A stretch of 64,000 nucleotides of DNA from assembly GCF_009914755.1 (NCBI RefSeq), contig NC_060935.1; one strand, given 5' to 3'. The translations under genes and the position numbers were made by a program. Under the pieces are notes generated by a model. It did not search any database, had not been told where the DNA came from, and worked only from the letters and a program-made list of their open reading frames with translations. The stretch is from the human T2T-CHM13v2.0 reference genome, Homo sapiens. This document shows positions 22,400-37,622 of this stretch, in pieces; the stretch's first letter is position 1, and each line of letters opens with the position of its first letter.

Positions 22400-23800
22400 A
22401 TAAATTTCTAAAGTTTCTCTAACTCTAAGGAAAATGTTCAAATGTACAGAATTGAAGGAATTTATATATAGTACCTAGATTCTACCATTTTGCTAAACTT
22501 TGTTACACAATCATTTCCCCATCTATCAATTTTGATGCACTTCCAATTGAAGACATGAGTACACTTTTCCCTAAGTGCTTCAGCATGCGTATCATGAATT
22601 AAGGATCAATAATTTACTTGAAGAAGAACTCACATGCAATTAATATATAAATGTTACACAAGTTAATGCATTTGTCAACTGAGCTTTATGTTTAACATAA
22701 AACCCTATTGACATGAGTAAGACTGATTGCTGCAGAAAGTGGATCTTCCCAGTTGGTTCCTGCAGCCACACCTCACTGTTCTTGTCTCTTCTATAACTTT
22801 GTAGAAATAGAATCGCAGCATGTATGCTTTTGTGTCTAGCTTATTTCTTTCAGCAGAATGTTTGAAACTCGTTTATGTTGTATATTCCAGTAGCTTGTTT
22901 CTTTATATTGCCGAGTGGTATATTTCATTAGATACGTATTATTTGATGAAGACTTGTGCTGTTTTCAGTCTCTGGCTATTATGAATAAATATGCTATCAC
23001 CATATGTTTGCATATCTTTGGGTGTATGTTTTTGTTTCCTTTAAATACCTAAGAATGGGACTGCTTGATCATAGAGTATGTTTAGTTTTGTAAGAAATGA
23101 TGAATATTTTCCCAAAATAAGGTGTCCTTTTTGGCACTAATACGAGGAATGTATGGGAGTCCAGTGGTTTCACCCTCTGATGTCAGTTTTTTATTCTAAC
23201 CATCTGAATAGGTGCATAGTCATATTTAATTTGCATTTTCTGATAACTAATTATTAGTGCTCATTGGCCATTTTTATGTCTCTTGTGAGCCATGTCTTTT
23301 GTTCATTTTTACTCTGCATCATCTGTCTTGAGTTGTAAGTGGTCTTCATATCTTAAAGACCAGGACTTTGTCAGATGTATTTCGCCCCAGTCCCCACATT
23401 GCTTATTAATTTTCTTAATGTGTTTTTTGATGAGCAGACGTCTTTAATTTTGGAGTTTAATTTATAGACTCTTCCTTCTAGTTATTGCTTTCTGTTCTGT
23501 CGTAAAATTCCTTGCTATTGCCAAGTGTTATTTTCTTCTAGAAGTTTTATGGTTTTGAATATATTTGGGTTTATAATCCATCTGAACTTAATTTTTGCAT
23601 GTAGTGTAAGAAAGGTCAAGATTCTTCCCTCTCCATAGGGACATCCTGTTGATACAGTACCATTAACTGAAATGAAATTTCTTTCATCCTTGAATTGCTC
23701 TGACTCTTTCGTTATATCAATGACCTTATAAGCTTGGATTTCTCTGGGCTCTTATTTATGTCTTAATGATCTATTTGATCTTTATCTTGACTACCTAAGT
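22400..23800 (-). mobile_element. Ancient L1M fragments
   Basis: Degenerate reverse-complement L1 3' region. Confidence 0.55.
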
Positions 23801-24438
23801 TCATTTGCAACTTAGCAATGCCATTTTCAGCTGTTCAGGATGATTTCAAACAAATTCTCACTATATCCTTATACTTCTTGAAGGGTGGAAAAGGTCAGAC
23901 AAAATTAAGGCACCCTGCAAGGAATGACTTGAAATCAGCTTTTAAAAGGAACCTCTGTTCTTCAAACTTCGCCAGTCATCTCTAAACCTTTGCTGTCTAA
24001 CATAGTAACCAGTAGCCACTGGTAATATTACATGTAAATTACTAAAATTAAAACAACAAAAAATTGAGTTGCACGAGCTATTTTTTCAAGTGCTCAGTAG
24101 CAGCATGTGGTTAGTGGTAACATTTGCACAATGTAGACTTAGATTTTTCTGTAATAAAGATTTACTAATCGACAGTGTTGCTACATCAGGATAAACACAA
24201 TTGTTAACCAGACAGTAGCTAAATATCATAAACATTCATGTTGATCTTAAAGTGGTTCTAACCTTTATTTTTAATTTTCTAAATTTTAACTCTTATTTTA
24301 GATCCAGGGAGTACATATATAGGTTTGTTACATAAGTACATTGCATGATTCTGAGGTTTGAGATACTATTGACCCTGCTATCCAGGTACTGGGCATAGTC
24401 CCCAGTAGGTAATTTTCTCATTTTCCCCACTCCCGCCC

Positions 24439-24618
24439 CCACATTCCTTTTCCTCACTGTCACGGAAGGAAAGATTTAACAGTGGGAATGAACACTACAG
24501 CTCCTAAAGTAGGATGGTGAAGGGTTGAAATGATAGCCAAAGGTGGTGGAATCTAACTGCTTTTTAGCCTTGGAATGGGGTGTCTCCCTCTCTTGCCTGG
24601 CTAAGATTTTGGTGGTAG
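24439..24618 (+). repeat. Diverged direct repeat, copy 1
   Basis: Aligns to 26508-26684. Confidence 0.85.
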
Positions 24619-24973
24619 TCTTTGGTTTTTTAAAGAACATGCTTCCCTGACCATGAGGAATTTTTACAAATTGGTATGAGTCCCCCATACTTCCTGGAAC
24701 GGGGTAGAAAATGTACCTCTGTTGTATCCTCTTTTAATCTGAGAAAATATGTTTGTTCTTCCAGCCCCCAATGTCTTCTCAACCTCTGTCTATAATATTA
24801 GCTGCTATATTGTTATAGGCACCTCCTATCCTCTTCCACTTTATTGACCCAGGGGTTAGCACCTGACTTGGACAATGCCAATTAGTTTTTCAAACAGCCT
24901 TTGTAAACTTGTCAGCCTCTAAGCAGGTAAAGGCTATGATATTAAAAAAAAAAAAAAAAAAAAAAAAAGATGA

Positions 24974-25259
<286 letters not shown>

Positions 25260-25439
25260 TCATGGAAAGAAGTGGTACTTATGGCAATGGAGTCAAGGCA
25301 ATGAGCATATAAATGTGGTGATAAGTTACATGTCATTTAAATTCCTACTTCTGATTCCTGAGATCTAGTTGCCTTTTTGCAGTTGATATTGTCATATTCA
25401 CCTTTTAATTATCAGATAGTCTAAACTTGCAGAAAGTAG

Positions 25440-25796
<357 letters not shown>

Positions 25797-26507
25797 TGAC
25801 ATCATCTTGAAGTTCATTTTCTGGTTATTAGACTTGTGAAGCCTAGTGGAATACAACTTAATACTAGATTTTCATACTTAGTTTTCTTCCTTCCCTTCTT
25901 TCCAGTTCCAGCTACGCTGGGGTTTGAGTTTTGGAGTATATTCTTAAATGTGATCTTTCTGTGGTTTTAAAATCTATTCTCTTCCCCTACTTTTCCTGTG
26001 TTTGCTGGGATAGAGTAATGGTATTAAGACATGAAAAGAGAAAATATCTCTTTGCTGAAATTGTTGTAGGGGTCTTTTGGCCAACACTGAGCATAGATGC
26101 CTTCTCCACGGTGGGTCCAAATGCCGGTCTTCCTCACTTAATGACTTTTTGAGTGGGTCTATCATGAACATCAGATTTGATCCTTGGATTTCTCACTTGG
26201 TGCTGGCCGTCTTAAGGGGAATCTTAGCAGATGGGATTGAACTATATTGCCGTCTATATAGGCATCCACTGAGCTCTCAAAAAAAATGGTTTCAATAGCA
26301 GATTATAGAAGTAAAGGCTATTATGCCTTATCTATTCGCAGTCCATTTTTCTCCCAGATCAAATAGGCCAGGACATATTAGCCCTTCTAAATTCAACAAG
26401 AGATATAGAAAATTTGAATGAGATTTTAGCCTCCCTTTACACATGTACTCTGAATCTGAATCATTCTCCTGGAACTGCCTACATGCTGGCTTTGAGAGAC
26501 GAGCAAA

Positions 26508-26684
26508 CCACATTCCTTTTTCTTACATGCAGGGAAGGAAAGAGCAGCAGTGGGAATAAACACTACAACTCCTAAGATAGGATGGGGAAGGGTTGAGATG
26601 GTAGTTAAAGGTGGTGAAATCCTTTTTAACCTTGGAATGGGGTGTGTCTATGTCTCTATTTCCTGCCTAAGATTTTGGTGGTAG
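26508..26684 (+). repeat. Diverged direct repeat, copy 2
   Basis: Aligns to 24439-24618. Confidence 0.85.
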
Positions 26685-26835
26685 CATCTTTTTGCATACA
26701 TATGGGTCTCTGTTTTCAATTTCTAATCTTGGGATGTGTGTGTGTGGCCTGGCTTGGTTGAGTCATAGTCCATTCAGCATAGATAGAATGTTTGTCACAT
26801 CTAACAATCATTTTGCTCTTCAAAACTTTTATTGA

Positions 26836-27243
<408 letters not shown>

Positions 27244-27402
27244 TAGTTAACCACAATTTGTTAAATATAACTTCAAGGAAGGCAATGATGTAAATTCCTA
27301 TTTGAATGCTGCATGCTGAAATTGCTCTGGTTTTAATATGAACCCTGTAGAATTAGGTACCGTAGTCTGTACTTGGATATAGTTATCATTTTCTTGTTGC
27401 AG

Positions 27403-27453
27403 ATGAACATGAATAGGTTCCATACTGGTCAGTTTCCTTACCTATTCTCTCAG
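27403..27453 (+). CDS. OOSP4B: Candidate in-frame cassette exon (MNMNRFHTGQFPYLFSQ)
   Basis: ttttcttgttgcag| ... CAG|gtacta; 51 nt, phase 0-0, no stop; no transcript evidence available here. Confidence 0.45.
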
Positions 27454-28088
27454 GTACTAAACTGTTCATTTTCAATATAGCCTGTGACAAAATGAAATTG
27501 TTGTCATAGAAGGCCCATACCAGATCTCTAATTTCATACTAATATTTGTAGAAAAACATGTCTATATACATATATGTGTATAAAATAAGTAGGCAGATAG
27601 GTAAACTAGGCTTAAATTCAGAGGAAGTCACTACATCTAATTCGCACTTTTCCTAAGATTAATACCTGTAGAAAACACTCTTTTTAATCAGGATTTTTCT
27701 ACTGAGCTTATTTTAAAAGGATGTCAGAAAACTTGTGCATATTGACAATAGCCTTGAAGTTGACATTTCATAAAGAAATAAGCTTTGTTCTAGAGATCTG
27801 AAAACCACTTAAAATCAAAGTTGAAATGTATGATGTAATTACTTGATAGTCTCAGAAAGGCAGTCATCTAGCCAACACATAGATGCTAATCACTTCTAAT
27901 AGCATAATATCTAATGGTTATATTTGATATAGCTGGTTAGTTCCATAGATTACATTTTAGGGTAGAAATGTGATTTTTTTTTCCACATTACTTCTAATTG
28001 AGCACCCATGAGTTCTCTGAACGTGTTTTCTTTTTAGGTAAGGTTATATTTAAGCAGCTCTTAACTGCTTTTCCCCCCTATCCTACAG

Positions 28089-28121
28089 GAGCAACTATCC
28101 AAGAAGTCACTGTATCAATAA
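28089..28121 (+). CDS. OOSP4B: OOSP4B terminal coding exon (EQLSKKSLYQ*)
   Basis: cttttccccccta-tcctacag| acceptor; TAA stop; AATAAA at 28362. Confidence 0.8.
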   Translation, partial: EQLSKKSLYQ

Positions 28122-28361
28122 TGCCTGTGTTATAACACCCTCTCCTCCCTAAAGCAAGGGAACAAGTGATACATCTTGTCTGAAAACCAGTTTCATCAAT
28201 ACTGTTGATGTGTCTGTACAAAGATGAGTAGCAACATCTGTTACCAGTTTCACTACATTTTGGAGTTTTGAATAACATATCTATACCATGATATTTATAC
28301 TTTTTAATGAGTTAATTTTAAGTGAAATTGCCATTCTAACTCTGAAATCAAGCTCATACAT

Positions 28362-28367
28362 AATAAA
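28362..28367 (+). terminator. OOSP4B polyadenylation signal AATAAA
   Basis: AATAAA about 240 nt after the stop, followed by a GT/T-rich tract (gtgtgttctttt). Confidence 0.7.
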
Positions 28368-30149
28368 GCTTGCCCATACCCAGTGTGTTCTTTTCTGAAT
28401 TAACATTCAGCATTTTTATGATTTAGTTGCTCACTTTAGTTTTACCCATTATTCTTCGTAACCGTGTCTTAGTGAAATATATTGAAGTCTCCCTCTTTTA
28501 TAATGCACTCAAAAGGAGGATTTTCCCATGAGCCCTTCATCTGTGGCTTTCTATACTGCTTTTTTCTTTTCTGTTTCCTGATAATGTCTCATGAGGAAAC
28601 ATTGTAAACTTATTTTGACATTGTGCATTTCTTTTCTATTACCTTGATAAAGCAAGAATCTAGAAGAAAATATTTCAGTTGCTTTTTGGCCTAATTCTGA
28701 AAGTGTTGTAACCATACAGGGCCACAACTACACTGTCACACCACCCTTCCCACCATCAGTGCTTTGGTGGAGATTTTCTTAGTGAACAAGATGACTTGCT
28801 CTTCCTTTTGAGGCTCCTGAATTGATCGGCAAAATGTCGAGTAGGGAGATCCAGCTATGAATCCCAAATAAGAATTCCCATTGCATGGAGGGTGGCAAAA
28901 ATAATAGTGCCAAGCACCAGGAGTGGGAGCTCACATATCTAGACCCACTGAATCTATCTTGGAGTTGCCAAGGATGACTTGGCACACACAAGGCACTGGT
29001 TGGAACCAGTGTCTTTTTTTGTGTGTCCGGAGAGAAGGAAAGGTGAAGCAAGGAGAAAAGATGAAGCAAAATCAGCATTTGTTGTGTGTATTAGTCTCCC
29101 ATGTAGGTCCCTCCTGATAGCCAATGCAAAGTGGGGGATGCATGCACCCCTCTGGAGCTGTAGGCAAAGACCCTGATACCTTACCACAGGGGGTAGGTAT
29201 ACCTATACCGATACCAGCCAAGTGCCATGTGACACCCACACCTTAAGCAATACAGCGAATGTGCCTTGTGTACCCAGAACAGGGAAATGATTTATTCTAA
29301 TAAAGAACCTGGAACCAAGTGACAACTTCGCTCCCAGCTTCCATATAGCACAGTGTCCCAGGCCCAGTGAAAATCCCTTAGAGGGACGGCAGGCTCCACA
29401 ATAGCTGCTTATTCCAACACAAAAGTGCTCAAAACTCAGATCATGCTGATCACAGCTTGCATCCCAGGTGGAAAGATATCTAATTCTTCTCTTAATTTAA
29501 ATTGCTTAGTATATCTCTGGAAGTGAAGTCTTGTGCCTTTGAGTATACTGTAAAAGAGTACAGGTGCCAAACTCATTCCAGGGAGCCTGAACCAGAAAGT
29601 ACCACATACATGAGCAGGGATGCATGCACACAAATGATCTTTACTCAAAGCAGGGTCAGTCTTCTTCCATAGGGAAAATGTAGTTGGGGCAGAACATTCT
29701 TATGGCTAGACTTCTTGCTCCTGGGAGGGAGAAAAACTCATGGACACAAGAAAATGTGAAAAAGGTCTCTCTCCACCTCTTTAGACACAATTTATTTTTG
29801 CTAAATCTGAAAGTACCTCTCTTTCCCCTCTAGAAATGGGGATTTTTGTTCCAAGAGAATACAAAGACATCTAAATTTGAGTCATCTAGAACTGCTAAAT
29901 AACTTAGCTGAGCTGCTGGGCTTGGTTGACTAACAGGTACCTAACTATGTCAATTTCCTGATCTTCAATCCTTCCCAAGACAGCTGAAGCTGGAAAAGAG
30001 CTGGGATTGGTTGAAGGGACTGAATACTTTTGTTTTTGAAATGAAAATGACAGTAAAATTTTGTCATCTGAATATATGTGATTCTTTTACTATTTTTATT
30101 TCTTTCCACCTTGAGTAAAATTAAAGATGCAGCATGACTTGGCCTGACC

Positions 30150-30445
30150 TTTCTTTTTTATTTGATTTTTGAGATGGAGTCTCGCTCTGTCACCCAGGCT
30201 GGGATTCAATGGGCACGATCTTGGCTCACTGCAACCTCTGCCTCCTGGGTTCAAATGATTCTCCCACCTCAGCCTCCTGAGTAGCTGGGATTACAGGCAC
30301 CCATCATGCCTGGCTAATTTTTGTATGTTTGTAGAGATGGGGTTTCACTATGTTGGCCAGGCTGGTCTTGAACTCCTGACCTCAGGTGATCCACCCACCT
30401 CGGCCTCCCAAAGTACTGGGATTACAGGGGTGAGGACACTTGGCC
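30150..30445 (-). mobile_element. AluS
   Basis: Reverse-complement dimer. Confidence 0.9.
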
Positions 30446-30529
30446 TAATCTTTCATTTCGATAAACCCTAGTAGATTTTTGACTACTCCTGGAAATATAA
30501 ATCCCAATTAAAAGATATTTTTGGGCTCT

Positions 30530-31185
30530 TATAAAAAAGTTAAAAAAATTACAGATGCTTGCCAGGTTGCAGAGAAAAGGGAACAATTACCTACTGCTGG
30601 TGGGAATGTAAATTAGCTCAGCATTGTGGAAAGCAGGGTGGCAATTCCTCCAAAAACTTAGGGCTATCATTCGACCCAGAAATCCCATTATTGGTTATAT
30701 ACCCAAAGGAATATAAATCATTCTACCATAAAGACACATGTTTGTCCCAGCACTATTCACAATAGCAAAGCCATGGAATCAATCTAAATGCTCATCAATA
30801 GTAGACTGGGTACAGATAATATGGTGCATATACACCATGGAACTCTACACAGCCATAAAAATGAGGCATGTCCTTTGCAACAACATGGATGGAGCTGGAG
30901 GCCATAATCGTAAGTGAAATAATGCAGGAACAGAAAACCTAATACCGCATATTCTCACCTATAAGTAGGAGCCAGACCTTGAGTACACGTGGAGACAAAT
31001 CAGGGAACAACACACACCAGGGCCTACTTGAGGGATGGAGGGTAGGAGGAGGGAGAGGATAGAACACTACCCATCAGTTACTATGCTTATTACCTGGGTG
31101 ACTAATCTGTACACCAAGCCCCGTGACACGCAGTTTACCTATATAACAAACCTGCACATGTACCCCTGAACCTAAAATTTAAAAA
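30530..31185 (+). mobile_element. Older L1PA 3' end
   Basis: ORF2 end + aaacctgcacatgtacccctgaacctaaaa. Confidence 0.8.
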
Positions 31186-32848
31186 TAGCCATCTGTGGCC
31201 CTCATTGCAATAGGATACATGCATTTATTTAACAATCACTACAGTAATGAGGCAGGTACTCATTAACTCAACCTAAAAAGTCTCAATGGTGAATTCAATT
31301 GACCAAAATCTCTACATGTCAGAATGAGGTTTTGATCCAGATGCTTTTGGTTTTAGATCTTAATTTTTGACATTTAATGTCTGATACTTTGAAAAATCTT
31401 AAGTTTTTAAAATTAACTTTTAATGTAAGTATTCACTAATTCCAATAATAATGATTTCAGGGATATACAGTGTATCAAAGGGAGATCAGATGGATAACAA
31501 TCTGTTTTATTTTTGACAAGGATTTGTGCAGCTGTGAAATTGAAGAAACAATGTCTCTGGGTTAAAGAATCTTGTTAATTTCCTGGAGACATAGCAGTAA
31601 CAGGCTGACCAGAAAGTTGGCGAAAATTGTTTTTGACTTGAAAGGTTAGAGCCAAGGGTCAAGAGAAGTGGTACAATTGAGGATATATTTTGCGGGATAT
31701 TAAAACATACAAATGGTTTGGACACAGAGTGTGAGAAACACACTGGAATCAAGCATGTCTCCTGTGATTGGGGGCTATAAGTGGGTGACTTGTGGTGCTA
31801 TTTAGATGGGAAAGATTTCTTTGGGAGTCAACACTTAATGTTTGTGCAGGCTTAAAAATTTAACATCTTTTAAATTTAGCAGTTTTTGTGGTTTTCTTTC
31901 TATCTTGCGTTCTTCATCAGTATTCAGACAGGATTTTTGCTAATCACTCCAAAAAAGGCTGGACTCAAACTTAATGTGGTTAGGGGAGTTAGCAGGTTTT
32001 GTCCTCCTTAGTAGTTGTGACAAAATGTAGAATAAAGGCAAACTGAAAGTCAGTCCTGTGGGTGCCCTGGTCAGAGAATGGGACAAAGTGGGGCACAGGG
32101 AGGTGTCAGATAGGTATGATCAGAGATGGCCTCTACAACTGCTGGCACCCGAATAATCCTAACAAAGGAATTTAAGTAATGCAGTCTTCCCATCCCTTTA
32201 CTTCTAGCATATATAGTGTAACCTAGATAGCTACAGAGAAAACTGCTGTAATATTTATTGTTTAATTTTGATAAAGCTAATCAATTATTTACACATATGA
32301 GTTCATTATGCTAAGATATGCTTTGGGTAATACAAATAATTACACATGGGGTCTCTGCCAAGCATACTCTGAACAAAGTGTGTATAACAACTTTAAAATT
32401 TCCTTATGCACTTGCTTTATTCTGCATGTGTATCATAGAAAGGTTGTTTTACATTGGGATAAGGTCACAGTGGTGGTATAGTTTGAGTTGCCCCAAATCT
32501 TACACAAACAGACAGTGCAACCAATATATTGAAACAAAGCACACAGACTGTTATCTTTAGAACTTAGTGATCAGGTATCCCTAAAAATTGTAGAACACAA
32601 TGAATGGGGCCAACCAACTGCCAATATGAGGCCCTCTACAGGGTTTCATGAAAACTCGGGAACAATTACTAATGGGATTCTTTTATTCTCGTTTTTTTTT
32701 TTTTGAATTGGATCAATGAATCCAAATTAGCACATATGACTGCTTTAAGTTTTTTTTTGAGTAGTAATATCCATCATGCTTGTTGAATTTTTAATCAGTT
32801 TAATAATTTGTTAGTTGATTCTCTTTTTTTAATAAGTTGATTATATCA

Positions 32849-33170
<322 letters not shown>

Positions 33171-34019
33171 TCAAATATATAAACTTTTTGTCTCTTGTCG
33201 GAGTGCAATAAGTTTTTTTTTTCTGCAATAGCAAAGTTAGAGGCCTTGTTTTGTGCTTAGTTTTAATAGAAATAATTATTCTCAGTATGATGTATCTCTG
33301 GGTATATTATTGATATATTAATTCTTCTGGCCAAATTTTTAAAAAATCTTGCTTCTGCAATAGCATCCTTTCTCAGTGATCACTGTTTGTCTTTAGTAGA
33401 TCCTCTGTGGTTGATATTTCTCTTCTTTTCTAGCTTATTGGGGTTCCTAGGGATTGGACATTGAACTGCTCACCCCATCTCTACATATCCACTCCCTTGG
33501 AGAGTTCATTCAATCTCATTGTTTTAACTAACATCCCTGTGCTGATGGCTTCAAGTTACATCTCTATCCTGGACTTCACCCCTGAAATGCAGACTCAGTT
33601 ATTCATTTTCCTCTACAACATATTCACGTGGCTGTTCAAAACACTGTTTAACCAAAGTATGTATAACATGAATGCTCCTATTTGGAGGTTTGTGGAATGG
33701 AGGTTTCCCACTCCAAACCTCCACCTTTAGCCTTCCCTATCAGAATGTCACAAAGATATTCTGTCCTACGTATTTCTCTTAAAAAATTACAGTCTTGCTT
33801 TTCACATTTAGATATGTAATGTAATAGTTTTAATTTTATTTTTAATAAGATCATATAACATAAAATTTACCATCTTAACCATTTTAAGTGTACAATTCTG
33901 TAGTGTTTAGTACATTTACATTGTCATGTAACAGAACTCTTCATCTTGTAAAACTGTAACTCTGTAGCCGTTAAACAACTTTGCAGCCACAATGCAATAA
34001 TGCTGGCTGCTTAGACTTT

Positions 34020-34660
34020 AAAAACTTTTTAATTTTTGCAGGTATATAGTAGGTGTATATATTTATGGGGTCCCTGAGATATTTTGATACAGGCATGCAG
34101 TGCATAATAGTTGCACCATGGAGAATGGGATATCCATCTCCTCAAGCATGTACCCTTTGCATCATGAAGAATCTGATTACACTCTTCATTATTTTAAAAT
34201 GTACAATTACGTTATTACTGACTGTAGTCACCCTTTTGTGCTATCAAATAGTCTTATTCTATTTTTTTTGTACCCGTTAACCATCCCTATCTCCCCCGTA
34301 CTACTTTTCCCAGCCTCTGGTAACCATCCTTCTACTCTCTATGTCCATGAGTTCAATTGTTTTGATTTTTAGATCCCACAAATAAGTGAGACCATGTGAT
34401 GTTTGTCTTTCTATGCCTGGCTTATTTTACTTAGCATAATGGCCTCTAGCTCCATCCCCGTTGTTGCAAAAGACGGGATCTCATACTTTTTATGGCTGAA
34501 TAGCACTTCATAGTTTATATGTACCACATTTTCTTTATCCATTCATCTGTTGATGGACACTTAGGTTGTTTCCAAATCTTAGCTATTGTTAACAGTTCTG
34601 CAACAAACAGGAGTGTAGATATCTCTTCAATATACTGATTTCCTTTCTTTGGGGTATATA
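34020..34660 (-). mobile_element. L1MA-type 3' end
   Basis: Reverse complement of the same family as 50805-51285. Confidence 0.75.
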
Positions 34661-36000
34661 TGCTGCTCAGAATTTTTGATGTCAGGACTCCTTTAGACTG
34701 TTAAAAATATTGAATTACAAAGAGCTTTTATTTATATGGGCTTTATCCATCCACATTACCACATTAGAAATTAAAACTGAGTTAAAAATATTTATTAAAT
34801 AATTAAAATAGCTAATAAACCCAACAGGTGTTAACATAAAATAGTGAACATTTAGTGAAAAATTACTGTTTTCCAAAAAAAGAGTGACATCATTTTATAT
34901 TCGCATTTTTGCAAGTCTCTTGTCTGGCTAACTAGAAGAAAATTGGATTATCATATCTGCTTCTGCGTTCGGTCTTTGTAATATGTCACTTTGGTTAATG
35001 TACATAAAGAAAACCCTGCCTCACACAGATACGTGGTTGGAAAAAAGGAGAGTATTTTAAAAGCCTTTTCAGATAATTGTGGCTTTTTTTTTTTTTTTGA
35101 TACTGCACCAAAACTTACTAAGGGGCAGTATCTTCGAGGTTTGTTGCAACATGGGATCTGAAAATATATCAATAAACTCTTCATACTTATTCCCATTAAA
35201 ATCCACTGGTCCCTCTTGTACTTTGCCCATGAATGTTTCTGTAACATCATGTGCAGATAATTGGGAAAATTTTAGTTCAGAGTTATGCAGATGTTTTAAG
35301 TGATGATATTTTATTATGCAATACAAGAAATCATAGTTAAGATATCACCAGTGAGCTTCCAAGCTCATAGTAGAGAATACAACTTTTTCAAAATGCTAAT
35401 TTTTCCTTTAAGCTTGAATTTTATCACTGAGTTTAATTGTTGTTAGTTGTTTTCTTTGAAGTGACAAGTTTACATCATTCAATTTCAAAAAATGTCGAAT
35501 ACCCACGGGCGAATAATCATTGTTTGTCTGATAGTCATTCTTTAAGTAAAGATGGTGTTCTATGTAACAAGTGGCTAGTTCAGCTCACAGCTCCAATAAC
35601 TGCACAGATTTTCCTTGAGACACTCTTCATACTTTGATACGCAGCAAAAGTGTATTATGCATACTTTCTATTTTATCACTCTGAATAGTAAAAAGGCATG
35701 CATTCAACGGTTGGCATTTAATAAAACAGATACTTTTTACTGCTTCAAGACTTAAGTGAAACTGGCTTTTTCCCTTTACTGTGAGTGCACAGGGGTGAAG
35801 AATACAATGGTGACTAACAAACTAACACATTCTTATGCTACTACCTTGATTGGTGCTCAAGAGGCAGGAGCATTTCCCACCACTGTTTTTGCACACCTGT
35901 GCAAATGTCGACATTATGAAAAAGAAAATGTGTTATTGTGAAAATAGATCTGATCCCATGGACCCCTCCATCATCTAAGTTCCAATTATTGAGAAGCACT
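34660..36000 (-). mobile_element. Charlie1-type hAT DNA transposon with frameshifted transposase C-terminus
   Basis: Minus-strand peptides ...LSKFWCSIK / PQLSEKAFKILSFFPTTYLCEAGFS = hAT dimerisation-domain motif. Confidence 0.8.
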
Positions 36001-37622
36001 CTAGTAGAAGAATGGCCTTATTTGTTGGATATATACTTCAAAATATTTACAGTCAAGGGAACATCTTACCAGCAACCTGCTCTCAAAAGGTCCAGGAAAA
36101 AGAAAGTTTTTTTGTACTATAGTTGCAACATTTCCCTAAGTTATAAATTGTTTTAAAATATTTGTTTTATCTCTGCTTTATCTCCATTTTACATTAAAGT
36201 TATATTTAAATTCCATTACTGTTTCACAGTAAAATTCTGTATTAAAATTGGAATTTTTGGAAAATGAACTTTGTTCATTCTGCGGCTTTGAGTAATCCTT
36301 GAAACATTGCATAAAGTCCTGTTACTAACTGTGCTTCAAGATACAGGAAATAGTCATATATTAGATATTTTTTGTACGCTATTGACTTGAGCAAGACAGT
36401 TTACATTTGCTATGTCTTATTCACAATAAGTTTAGAGAGAATATATCTCCTTTTTACAGCGTATGAACAGCAGCCTTAGCTTGTTTAACTTTCTCAAACT
36501 GAAATACAAGAAACTGGCCAATGATTCCTTTTGGAACAATATTAGATGTTTACATAGGCAAGATTTAAAAGCTGCATATGAAGTTAATAAATTTTAGATC
36601 CTGAAAATGTTCTTAACATCAGAAAAATGTTTAAAGAAATGAAAGATGAAAAAATAACATGTAGACTTGCCCTTCTCTTTCTCTAATACTCTTTCCCCAT
36701 TGGTGGTTGGGCGACTGGATTCTCCAGGCTTTCCTGATGCAGAGCACTGTGTGGGTCACAGCTTTGGGGATCTCACTGTCCACAAGAGAATGTAATGTCA
36801 GAAATAGAAGTCCTTCTTAAATGCATAGGGAAGCTCTGTGCATGTAGTCATTTGACAGCAGACTGTAACATTGAAAATATAATTCAGATATGACTAAAAG
36901 CAATAATAGGCATTTAATTCAGCCTCTTTGAATTTTATTTACTGTTAGCCTTTGATTTTCAATTACCCTTAAAACCACGCAGTCACATTCAGGCCGTGAC
37001 TAACATTTTAAAAAAATACAATAAAAATCTTTGGCTGGAACTTTTATTCTACTTCAGTATTGAAAAAATCATAAATATAAATTATTATACATATACAGTT
37101 ATGTGTATATATATGCATATAAAATATTCTCTTGTCTCAGGTTTGAAATGACTAAAGTTACCAACACCTTAATTTAGAAAGAATCAACAGAGAGGGAATT
37201 GTCAACTTTCCTAATACCAATAGACTTGACTTTCCTTTGGGTGCCTGTCCCCTCCTAGAGATTTATGTTCCTGGTCAAGTCAGTTTATCATGTCTGCTTT
37301 GCTTCTTCCAGCCAAACCCATAGAAATGAAGAAATAATAGTCTTTTGATTTCAAGTATGAAAGATCTAGGCTGTTCTCATATTAGATGGAAACTTAAAAC
37401 ACCTGAACGTTAGCTAGTAAGAACAGTTTCCTGTAATTTAGTATTTACTGGAAGCATTGTGTGCCATGCCATCCTCCTGATGTTTGTAACAGGACTTGTA
37501 AAGACTGTTATCAAATAACACTTTTTTCTTGATATGTCTCTTTGAGCTTCAGTGTTTGGATAATCAAGAGAGTCTCAGCCTTTAGGTAGCTGACACTGTG
37601 ATAAGAGCATCCTGTGAACTAC

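Noticed and set aside
25900-26500. Possible processed pseudogene between the direct repeats
   Set aside because: The frames I translated gave nothing recognisable, and there is no poly(A)/TSD; left unassigned.
34951-35326. ZBED/hAT-like peptides as a domesticated transposase
   Set aside because: Frameshifted, stop-containing C-terminal fragment of a Charlie1-type fossil.
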